64,000 bases of DNA, taken from NCBI GenBank assembly GCA_964346495.1, contig CAYFUW010000001.1, forward strand, positions 23,327 through 87,326. The letters run 5' to 3'. Source of the DNA: an uncultured Dysgonomonadaceae bacterium (GTDB lineage: Bacteria > Bacteroidota > Bacteroidia > Bacteroidales > Dysgonomonadaceae). Both the position numbers and the translations under genes were made by a program. Positions within the stretch are counted from its first letter, which is position 1; the number at the start of each line of letters is the position of its first letter. The notes beneath the pieces were generated by a model, which was given only the letters and a program-made list of their open reading frames with translations, was not told where the DNA came from and searched no databases. Below are positions 29,008-36,897 of this stretch, in pieces.

Positions 29008-29141
29008 GTTTCGGGTAATGTATATTTAGTCAGAAGTTTTGAGTGTGTAGTTTTTGTATCGTCGGGATTGCAATTCCCTCCAACGAAATTGTTTCTTGGT
29101 TTGACTTGTAGAGACGCGGCATGCCACGTCTCTACTTTTTT
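29008..29141. repeat. Mosaic repeat array
   Basis: In order: GT-rich heptads 29008-29060, module A 29061-29084, module B 29108-29135 plus a T6 run. Confidence 0.7.
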
Positions 29142-29154
29142 CAAAAGAAAGTAA

Positions 29155-29733
29155 CTAAAAGCTCTTAACTAACTCTTGATAAACCATATAAATCGGCAAT
29201 CCCATAACGTTGAAATATGAACCTTCGATGTGCTTAACCGCCACGTATCCAATCCACTCTTGCACGCCGTAAGCTCCGGCTTTGTCCATTGGCTGATACT
29301 TTTCAACATAATACTCTATCTCTTCATCAGATAATTTTCCAAATGTAACAAAAGCTGTAGCGGAAAAACAGACCTCTTTTTTTCGTGTAGTCATACACAC
29401 CCCGGTAATAACTCTGTGGGTTTCTCCCGATAGCATCTTCAACATCCGTTTCGCATCTGCTTTATCTTTTGGTTTTCCCAAAATGGTATCATCCAAAAGC
29501 ACCACAGTATCGGCAGTGATAAGCAATTCATCTTCTTTTAAATCGGACAGATAGGCAGATGCTTTCTTTCGCGCAATAAATTCGGCTATCTCTTCTTTCG
29601 GGAGAGAATCGGGATAAGACTCATCTATATTTTGGAGCGTTTTTATTGTGTAATCAACATCAATCCCCGAAAGCAACTCTTTTCGGCGTGGAGAATTTGA
29701 TGCAAGGATAATTTTGTAGTCGGTAATTTTCAT
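29155..29733 (-). CDS. maf: Maf-like nucleoside triphosphate pyrophosphatase
   Basis: Motifs ILASNSPRRKELL and DKAGAYGVQ are present. The start is placed at MKITDYK. Confidence 0.88.
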   Translation of the reverse strand: MKITDYKIILASNSPRRKELLSGIDVDYTIKTLQNIDESYPDSLPKEEIAEFIARKKASAYLSDLKEDELLITADTVVLLDDTILGKPKDKADAKRMLKMLSGETHRVITGVCMTTRKKEVCFSATAFVTFGKLSDEEIEYYVEKYQPMDKAGAYGVQEWIGYVAVKHIEGSYFNVMGLPIYMVYQELVKSF

Positions 29734-29781
29734 ATCGTTTAAATTTCGTCCGAAAGATACGAAAAAAAGAGTGTATTTTGC

Positions 29782-29789
29782 TATATTTG
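29782..29789 (+). promoter_or_regulatory. -7 box upstream of comB
   Basis: TATATTTG lies 20 nt upstream of the ATG at 29810. Confidence 0.45.
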
Positions 29790-29809
29790 CAACCAAACTC
29801 AGTAAAAAT

Positions 29810-30520
29810 ATGAAAGTTGATATCTGTTTTTCTCCTGCACTCTACCCTTTTTATCGGAAAGATAATGAAACGGTAATTATTGTTGATATTTTCCGTGCGT
29901 CAACGACCATTTGCGCCATGTTGACCAATGGAGCATCGGCGGTTATTCCTGTGGCTGATATAGAAGATGCAAAGCTATATAAATCGCAAGGATATTTGGT
30001 TGGTGCTGAACGAAACGCGAAAAGATGCGAATTTGCCGATTTTGGAAACTCTCCTTTCGATTATACAAGAGAAATAGTGACAGATAAAGAGATTGTTTTT
30101 ACCACAACAAATGGCACTCAAGCTATCGATGCTGCCAAAAATTGCAATAACATGTTTATTGGTGCCTTTTCCAATATAAGTGCATTGGCGGAAAAGTGCT
30201 TGCAATTGGGCGAAGATATTTTAGTATTGTGTGCAGGATGGAACAACACGGTAAATATCGAGGATATGCTGTTTGGCAGTGCATTAATAGAAGAGTTGGG
30301 AAAAAATATCGATATTGAAATTAACTCGGATGCTGTGAAAATTGCCAATCATTTATGGAGCGATGCAAAAGAAAATCCTATCGATTTTCTCAGAACTTCA
30401 GAACATTACAAGCGATTAGTAATGAGAGGTGCGGAAAAAGATATTGAGTTCTGTTTTTTGAGAAATACAACTTCCATTGTGCCATACTATAATAAGGAGA
30501 CAAAGAAAATAATTATTTAA
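29810..30520 (+). CDS. comB: 2-phosphosulfolactate phosphatase family protein
   Basis: The motif VDIFRASTTI matches the ComB family. The start at MKVDI lies 20 nt after a TATATTTG box. Confidence 0.72.
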   Translation: MKVDICFSPALYPFYRKDNETVIIVDIFRASTTICAMLTNGASAVIPVADIEDAKLYKSQGYLVGAERNAKRCEFADFGNSPFDYTREIVTDKEIVFTTTNGTQAIDAAKNCNNMFIGAFSNISALAEKCLQLGEDILVLCAGWNNTVNIEDMLFGSALIEELGKNIDIEINSDAVKIANHLWSDAKENPIDFLRTSEHYKRLVMRGAEKDIEFCFLRNTTSIVPYYNKETKKIII

Positions 30521-30533
30521 TTTGCTAATTTTT

Positions 30534-30941
30534 TAGACAAAAGACGCAAGAATCAAGACACAAGACACTTTGTTTCTCGCAAATAAAGCAAAGATTAGTC
30601 GCAAAGTTTTTTTACAACGCTCCCGCGCGAATCCTTCGCGTGGAACATTTAATAAACCGGGATTACAAATCCCTACAACAAGAGGGCATTGCGGTTGCAA
30701 TCCGCATTGCCTTTTTTTTGTTTTAGGCATCTCGCAGGAAACGATTGCTGTGCCTTCGCCAAAATTATCACGAAGCCAAAGGCATCGTGTCCCGATAATA
30801 GAAGAGACGTCATATTATGGCGTCTCAAAATCTAAACCACATAGACACATAGGGTAAAGATTTGCTCTGTGTTGTCGGGATTGCAAATCCCTTCGAAGTG
30901 AAAGAGTTATTTTTGGGATTTCCGCTTTCGCGGAAATGACG
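30534..30941. repeat. Mosaic repeat array (densest in the window)
   Basis: In order: modules G, F, A, a hairpin with T8, the 45 bp module, degenerate B, A and E (coordinates in findings). Confidence 0.8.
30684..30719 (+). terminator. Hairpin plus T8 run inside the repeat array downstream of comB
   Basis: The stem pairs GGGCATTGCGG with CCGCATTGCC and is followed by TTTTTTTT. Confidence 0.55.
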
Positions 30942-30952
30942 TTCGTTTAACC

Positions 30953-30991
30953 ATAAAAAAAAGGCAATGCTGTTTTAAACAACATTGCCTT
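30953..30991 (-). terminator. Intrinsic terminator of T9SS cargo paralog 1
   Basis: On the minus strand the stem AAGGCAATG / CATTGCCTT is followed by a T9 run. Confidence 0.7.
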
Positions 30992-31034
30992 CAAATTAGA
31001 TAACAACCAATAGCCAACTTCTAAAGGCTAAATA

Positions 31035-32675
31035 TTATTTTGCAATAATAACTTTCTCTACAGTCTGTTTATCATCTGTGGTAGTTATTACCATATGATA
31101 AATACCGTTTGTTAAAGAAGATACATCTATTTGATTATTAATCAATCTTGCATTAACCACTTGTCCTAAAGAGTTATATAGTGCTACATGTTTAATATCT
31201 CCTTTTACGAATAATATATCTGTTGCAGGATTTGGATATACTTTTACACCGCTAACTTCCTCATCATCAATACCTGTAATTGTTGTACAATTGAAGTCTG
31301 ATACACAATGTGCCGCTACTCTTCTTACACAATATTCGTATGTACCTCCAGTAACATTCATATCTGTATAATGATTCAGATGTATGTTACTTGCAATTTC
31401 AACACCATTTCTAAAAACATCGTATGTAAAACCTCCAGCCAAACCGGCATATAATGCAACATCATCAATATTGATTCTAAATTCATCGGTAGAATTAAAA
31501 TGACGGAAGGCTACATATTTTGTTCCCGGAGGCAGGTAAATATACCTTTCATACCATGCCCCTTGTTCATTTGTTCCACGTTCTCCTACGTGATTATCAC
31601 CCTTGACAGGTACCATCTCTTCAAATATAGTTGTAAAGTGAGAAGCATCTGTTGCGCTTGATGAAACCATAACTGCATAATAGTCTGCTGCCCAATTAGC
31701 ATCTTGCGCTGAAACCCAATAATGAACAACTTCAATAGGATAATCTAAATCCAACGATGGAGTAATTAGATAGTTATCAGGAGTTAATGGAGCTCCATTC
31801 CAAGAAGCAGAAGTTGCTAAGCCCGTTCCACTATGACCTGTATAATCAGGAGAGTTAATAGCATACCAGTTGAATCCGTCACCGTCTGCATCAATTGTTG
31901 TCCATCCTTCAGGTAATGATCCTAAATGTTCTACACCTTCGAAATCTTCTTCTAATAAAACATATTTCATATTTTTCATTGGGTCATCGTACCATGTTAC
32001 TTTTATATTCTCTCCTTCTGCAACCGCTTCTATATTCTTAGGTGGGAAACAATCAGGAGTCGCATCTACGCATACTTGTTCTGAAACACAATCATCATAA
32101 AGAGCTTCGATGCAGTAATGTTGAGTTCCTTCCTGTATACCTAAATCTTGATAAACAAGTACATCCGGGTCCTCAATTAAGGTCATAAATTCTGAATTTT
32201 TATATAATTTATAGCCTTGCAACGTACTTGTCATATTTTCAGTATCAGGTTTCTCCCAAGTAAGTGTAATAGTCCAAATTTGTACATCACATGCAAAATT
32301 AGTCGGAGAATTACAATCTCCAACTGCAAGAACATTCTTATTAACACAAACAGGTACCGAGATACAATCAGGATTGGTGTAAACCACAACAACACAGTAT
32401 TCGTGCTCGCCAACAGTCGCTTTCCAATCGGTATATTGAGTTGCTGTTAGTCCCGATGCCAATTCTATGTTATCTCTGCTAACTGTGTAGGTAAAGTTTC
32501 TTTGCTTAGAAACATCAATCTGTTCGCCTTGCGGCGACTCACATATCAGATTTTTGCTGTTAACAGGCGGATCCCATGTTATAGTTACAGGAGCACCTAT
32601 TTCTCTTGTAGTAGCTGCTTTTAGCATAAATACTGATAAAGCTAACGTAAAAAATAGTAGAGTAGATTTTTTCAT
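31035..32675 (-). CDS. T9SS cargo, choice-of-anchor-J / cleaved-adhesin-like domain protein (paralog 1)
   Basis: It has a signal peptide, Cys-paired Fn3-like modules, the motif EEDFEG...LPEGWTTIDADGDGFNWY and the C-terminal sorting domain VKVYPNPATDILFV... Confidence 0.8.
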   Translation of the reverse strand: MKKSTLLFFTLALSVFMLKAATTREIGAPVTITWDPPVNSKNLICESPQGEQIDVSKQRNFTYTVSRDNIELASGLTATQYTDWKATVGEHEYCVVVVYTNPDCISVPVCVNKNVLAVGDCNSPTNFACDVQIWTITLTWEKPDTENMTSTLQGYKLYKNSEFMTLIEDPDVLVYQDLGIQEGTQHYCIEALYDDCVSEQVCVDATPDCFPPKNIEAVAEGENIKVTWYDDPMKNMKYVLLEEDFEGVEHLGSLPEGWTTIDADGDGFNWYAINSPDYTGHSGTGLATSASWNGAPLTPDNYLITPSLDLDYPIEVVHYWVSAQDANWAADYYAVMVSSSATDASHFTTIFEEMVPVKGDNHVGERGTNEQGAWYERYIYLPPGTKYVAFRHFNSTDEFRINIDDVALYAGLAGGFTYDVFRNGVEIASNIHLNHYTDMNVTGGTYEYCVRRVAAHCVSDFNCTTITGIDDEEVSGVKVYPNPATDILFVKGDIKHVALYNSLGQVVNARLINNQIDVSSLTNGIYHMVITTTDDKQTVEKVIIAK

Positions 32676-32742
32676 GTTTTTCCTTTTTTATAGATGAATT
32701 AAAAATAAGCAGTACATTAAATAAAGAAACTGACATTCATGA

Positions 32743-32750
32743 CAAAAATA
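32743..32750 (-). promoter_or_regulatory. -7 box upstream of T9SS cargo paralog 1
   Basis: The reverse complement reads TATTTTTG within GACAAAAATAC, which is conserved upstream of both paralogs. Confidence 0.4.
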
Positions 32751-32812
32751 CTAAAAATTTAAATACAGTTGTTAGAAAGGTGCACTTATTTAAGCGGTCA
32801 TAGCTAACCACA

Positions 32813-32848
32813 TAAAAAAGGCAATGCAGCTAAAAACCACATTGCCCT
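32813..32848 (-). terminator. Intrinsic terminator of T9SS cargo paralog 2
   Basis: This is the homologous hairpin GGCAATG / CATTGCC followed by a T-run on the minus strand. Confidence 0.65.
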
Positions 32849-32915
32849 CAAATTAGCTAACAGCCAATAGCCAAACTTCGACAAACTCAGTAGCCGAATG
32901 GCAAAAGGCTAAATA

Positions 32916-34571
32916 TTATTTTGCAATAATAACTTTCTCTACAGTCTGTTTATCATCTGTGGTAGTTATTACCATATGATAAATACCGTTTGTTAAAGAA
33001 GATACATCTATTTGATTATCAAACAATCTTGCATTAACAACTTGTCCTAAAGAGTTATACAAGGTTACATGTTTAATATCTCCTTTTACGAATAATATAT
33101 CTGTAGCCGGATTTGGATATACTTTTACACCGTTAATTTCCGCATCCCCAATATCCGTAACAATAGTTGTACAGATAAAGTCGGATGTACAATGTGCCGC
33201 TACTCTTCTGACACAATATTCATATTCACCTTCGGGAACATTCAAATCCGTATAATGATTTACTTCCAGGTTGTTTGCTATTTCAACACCATTTCTAAAT
33301 AAATCATAAGTAAAACCTCCCGGCATAGATGCATAAACAGATACATCATCAAGATTAATTCTAAATTCGTCGGAAGTGTTAAAGTGACGGAAAGCTATAT
33401 ATTTTGTATCCATTGGTAGATCAATAATTCTTTCGTACCATACTCCTTGTGCGTTTGTGCCACGTTCTCCTCCGTTTTTATCTCCTTTTGCCGTTAATGT
33501 CTCTTCAAACACAATAGTAAAATCAGAAGCATTTGTTCCGGTAGATGATGCCATAACCGCGTAATGCTCTGCAGGCCAATCAGCATCTTGCGCTGAAACC
33601 CAAAATTGAACACTTTTTGGGAAAGCGTCAAACTCGTCAAATACTTGGGGAGTGATTAAATAGTTGTCCGGATTTAGAGGCATTCCGCCAACCCATGATG
33701 CAGACGTTACTAAACCTATTCCGCTATGACCTGTATAGTCAGAAGAATTAACAGCCCACCAGTTGTATCCGTCACCATCGGCATCAATTGTTATCCATCC
33801 ATCAGGCATAGTACCACCACCGTGTTCCAGACCTTCAAAATCTTCTTCAAATACTACTTGTTTCGTAAATTTGGTTGGATCATCGTACCACGTTACTTCA
33901 ATATTATCTCCTACAGCAACTGCTTCAATGTTATCAGGCGGGAGACAATCAGGTGCCGCATCTACACATACCTGTTCTGAAACACAATCGTTGTAAAGTG
34001 CTTCTATACAATAATGTATAGTTCCTTCCTGACCTCCTTCATCTACATATACAAGCACATTCGGATCTTCTATAAAAGCAAGAAATTCTGAATTTTTATA
34101 CAACTTATATCCGGTAAGGGTGCTGGTTGTATTGTCTGTATTCGGTTTTTCCCAAGTTAGTGTTCTGGTCCAAATTTCTACTTCGCAAGCAAAATTAGTT
34201 GGTGCATTACAATCTCCAACAGGCATAGCATTAGTAGTTACACAAGCAGGTACCGAAATACAATCAGGATCTGTATATACTACAACAACACAGTATTCAT
34301 GCTCACCCACAGTTGCTTCCCAATCTGTATATTGAGTTGCTGTAAGGCCTGTTATCAATTCTATGTTATCTCGCATTACAGTATAGGTATAGTTCCATTG
34401 TTTAGATGCATTGACTGCATCACTTTGCGCTGAATCAGATATTACAGATTTACTGCTAACAGGCGGATCCCATGTAATAGTTACGGGCGCACCTATTTCT
34501 CTGGTTCCTGTTGCTTTTAGCATAAATACTGATAAAAGCAAGGTAAAAAATAGTAGAGTAGATTTTTTCAT
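32916..34571 (-). CDS. T9SS cargo, choice-of-anchor-J / cleaved-adhesin-like domain protein (paralog 2)
   Basis: Roughly three-quarters of residues look identical to paralog 1 by eye. The last 70 aa differ at only 3 positions. Confidence 0.8.
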   Translation of the reverse strand: MKKSTLLFFTLLLSVFMLKATGTREIGAPVTITWDPPVSSKSVISDSAQSDAVNASKQWNYTYTVMRDNIELITGLTATQYTDWEATVGEHEYCVVVVYTDPDCISVPACVTTNAMPVGDCNAPTNFACEVEIWTRTLTWEKPNTDNTTSTLTGYKLYKNSEFLAFIEDPNVLVYVDEGGQEGTIHYCIEALYNDCVSEQVCVDAAPDCLPPDNIEAVAVGDNIEVTWYDDPTKFTKQVVFEEDFEGLEHGGGTMPDGWITIDADGDGYNWWAVNSSDYTGHSGIGLVTSASWVGGMPLNPDNYLITPQVFDEFDAFPKSVQFWVSAQDADWPAEHYAVMASSTGTNASDFTIVFEETLTAKGDKNGGERGTNAQGVWYERIIDLPMDTKYIAFRHFNTSDEFRINLDDVSVYASMPGGFTYDLFRNGVEIANNLEVNHYTDLNVPEGEYEYCVRRVAAHCTSDFICTTIVTDIGDAEINGVKVYPNPATDILFVKGDIKHVTLYNSLGQVVNARLFDNQIDVSSLTNGIYHMVITTTDDKQTVEKVIIAK

Positions 34572-34642
34572 GTTTTTCCTTATTTAAAGATGAATTAAAA
34601 AACGAATAGTATCTCAATCTATTTTGAGTAATACATTTGAGA

Positions 34643-34650
34643 CAAAAATA
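34643..34650 (-). promoter_or_regulatory. -7 box upstream of T9SS cargo paralog 2
   Basis: The same GACAAAAATAC context occurs as at 32741-32751. Confidence 0.4.
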
Positions 34651-34748
34651 CAAAAAAATATGAATTATTACTATTTAGAGGGTAGAATATTTGTTTTTTT
34701 CAACAATTATGATATTTTTCGGGTAAAAAGGCGCAATTTTAAAGTCGA

Positions 34749-35162
34749 TTATTCATCCCAATCAAAATCATCAAACATAATATCTTGTGTAAATTGCTCC
34801 AAATCGCGACGCTCTTTTTTTGTAGGACGACCGGTACCACGCTGTCTATCAATAAATCCTGAAATTTTATTGAGTTCTAAAATTTCGTACTGCTCGGGTG
34901 GTGTAATGTTTTCCATAAATTGCGGGACTAGCTTAGCATTCATCCTTTTATCAGATAAATCCAATACTTTAAAAGAGAATGTAATCGGCGGTTTGCGTAC
35001 CTGGATGATGTCACCTACTTTTATCATTCGTGATGGTTTTACCGAAACATCATTTATTATCACACGTCCTTTCTTGCATGCATCCGATGCAATGGTACGA
35101 GTCTTAAAGATACGTACAGCCCAAAGCCATTTATCAATTCTTACTTCTTCCATTATTTTCAT
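34749..35162 (-). CDS. hslR: S4-domain RNA-binding protein (Hsp15/HslR-like)
   Basis: The S4 motif is RIDKWLWAVRIFKTRTIASDACKKGRV. The longest ORF (to 35201) starts inside a heptad repeat module, so an internal Met is preferred. Confidence 0.78.
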   Translation of the reverse strand: MKIMEEVRIDKWLWAVRIFKTRTIASDACKKGRVIINDVSVKPSRMIKVGDIIQVRKPPITFSFKVLDLSDKRMNAKLVPQFMENITPPEQYEILELNKISGFIDRQRGTGRPTKKERRDLEQFTQDIMFDDFDWDE

Positions 35163-35166
35163 TAAT

Positions 35167-35369
35167 TTAGCTGTTAGCTGTTGGCTATTAGCTTTTGGCA
35201 AGTTATGTCTGTTTTAGTAGATAAACCAAATACACAAATACTAATTACCAAAACAACTCCATATACTACGAAACATCTTTTATCAGACATTCTCGAATTC
35301 GGGCAAAAAAAGCATTCTCGCTTTCTCTAAACTTACCACAGTCGCTCCCGCGCGAATCCTTTCGCGTGG
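35167..35369. repeat. Mosaic repeat array
   Basis: TTAGCTG heptads lie at 35167-35201, a G-free CA-rich tract at 35221-35269 and module F at 35343-35369. Confidence 0.65.
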
Positions 35370-35485
35370 TATCATTCAGTAAACGAGTTGACGGTAAACA
35401 AGTAAACTTTTTAGAAGTTCATGCAACCAACACCAAACAAAACGTAATTCAAAAGATCTTGCCTCTTGGTTCTATCGTCTTTCGT

Positions 35486-36046
35486 CTATTTATTATTATA
35501 CTGATTCATAGTTATATCCACACCTGCCAGACAAAAGCTACGGATAATTTCCACAGCAGTTTCGATACGTGGAGGAAGCAACAACTTTTCTTCATCGGTA
35601 AATTCTTCCAACACATAATCCACCTGTCTGCCACGCGTGAAATCATTACCTATTCCAAATCTGAGTCGCGGATAATTTTGCCCTATAAGTCCCTGAATAT
35701 GCTTCAAACCATTATGACCTGCATCGCTTCCCTTTGTTTTCAAACGAAGTGTACCAAATGGTAAAGATAGATCATCAACCACAATCAGAAGATTTTCGTT
35801 TTCGATTTTCTCTTTTTGCAACCAATATCGGACAGCGTTTCCGCTTAGGTTCATAAAGGTTGAAGGCTTAAGCAAGACTAACGACTTGTTGCGCAAGCGT
35901 GTTTCTGCAACAAATCCGTATCGCTTATCCTGAAAAACAATATTGGACGCCTTTGCAAAAGCGTCCAATATCATAAATCCTATGTTGTGGCGAGTATTGT
36001 CGTACTCGGGCCCAATATTGCCTAAACCTACAATAAGTTTTTTCAT
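35486..36046 (-). CDS. pth: Peptidyl-tRNA hydrolase
   Basis: Motifs [24 protein letters not shown] and GHNGLK are present. The start is placed at this Met, not at the longer ORF overlapping rplY. Confidence 0.93.
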   Translation of the reverse strand: MKKLIVGLGNIGPEYDNTRHNIGFMILDAFAKASNIVFQDKRYGFVAETRLRNKSLVLLKPSTFMNLSGNAVRYWLQKEKIENENLLIVVDDLSLPFGTLRLKTKGSDAGHNGLKHIQGLIGQNYPRLRFGIGNDFTRGRQVDYVLEEFTDEEKLLLPPRIETAVEIIRSFCLAGVDITMNQYNNK

Positions 36047-36048
36047 TC

Positions 36049-36678
36049 TTATTCTGTAGCTTCCTCTTCTGCTTCTCCAGCTTCTGTAGCAACCTCTTCT
36101 TCGGTTACTCTTGAAGCAGCTCCTCTTGCAGCACGTGTCAATTGAACACGACAAACAACAGCATTGCTCGGAGTTAACAGTTCTAGGTCATCAAATTTAA
36201 GTTCGCCAACTTGAATTGATTTTCCAAGTTGAATTTTTTCAACATTAATTGAAAGATATTCCGGTAGTTTATCAGCATATCCTCTAACTTTCAGCTTACG
36301 CAAATCGAGAGAAAGTTTACCTCCGGATTTAACACCCGCTGCCAATCCATGCAATTTAACAGGAATTTCAATAACAACAGGTACATCATCAAATACATGT
36401 AGAAAATCTATATGCAGAATATTATCAGTTACCGGGTGAAATTGTAAATCTTTTAGAATTGCTTTAAATTTTTTAGTACCTAAATCAAGATTTACCAGAT
36501 ACACATCGGGTGTGTAAACCAATTTTAGTACATCGTTGTTTTTTACAACAAAGTTAATATTTTCTTCACCATGACCACCATACACTACGCACGGTATAAG
36601 TCCTTCTTTACGAAAAGAGCGAGCCGCTTTTTTCCCGAAATCACTTCTGATTTCGCCTTTTAATTCATAAGTTTTCAT
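36049..36678 (-). CDS. rplY: 50S ribosomal protein L25 / general stress protein Ctc
   Basis: 209 aa with the L25 N-terminus ([21 protein letters not shown]) and an acidic tail. It lies directly upstream of pth. Confidence 0.9.
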   Translation of the reverse strand: MKTYELKGEIRSDFGKKAARSFRKEGLIPCVVYGGHGEENINFVVKNNDVLKLVYTPDVYLVNLDLGTKKFKAILKDLQFHPVTDNILHIDFLHVFDDVPVVIEIPVKLHGLAAGVKSGGKLSLDLRKLKVRGYADKLPEYLSINVEKIQLGKSIQVGELKFDDLELLTPSNAVVCRVQLTRAARGAASRVTEEEVATEAGEAEEEATE

Positions 36679-36759
36679 TTTTAAAAATTTTTGTGTTACT
36701 CAAAATAAAGGTGCTCCCTAAATTTCCCATCACACGATACGGACTTTCAAAAAGCGGCG

Positions 36760-36767
36760 CAAAGGTA
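36760..36767 (-). promoter_or_regulatory. -7 box upstream of rplY-pth
   Basis: The reverse complement reads TACCTTTG, 82 nt upstream of rplY. Confidence 0.4.
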
Positions 36768-36846
36768 ATGATTATCTTTTAATTGTACAAACAAAATGAA
36801 GTTCAATTTTTTAATTGATAATCTTGCAAAACTATTAAAAATAAAG

Positions 36847-36854
36847 TACTTTTG
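36847..36854 (+). promoter_or_regulatory. -7 box upstream of the GH3/beta-lactamase fusion gene
   Basis: TACTTTTG lies 44 nt upstream of the ATG. Confidence 0.45.
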
Positions 36855-36897
36855 AGCATTCAACAAGTACAAATATCATTTTTGGAACAACGAAATT

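Larger units (their letters stand above)
30953..34660. repeat. Tandem duplication (unit about 1.88 kb) containing the two T9SS cargo paralogs with their terminators and promoters
   Basis: 31020-31139 equals 32901-33020 base for base. The 5' ends, leaders and terminators are also homologous. Confidence 0.85.

Noticed and set aside
30534-30941. Could the recurring hairpin modules be a CRISPR array?
   Set aside because: The repeated units are of several different kinds. They are not regularly spaced, occur in both orientations, are scattered over more than 10 loci, and no cas genes are present.
34624-35217. 197 aa plus-strand ORF
   Set aside because: It is the antisense shadow of the well-supported S4-domain (Hsp15-like) gene and has low-complexity composition without motifs.
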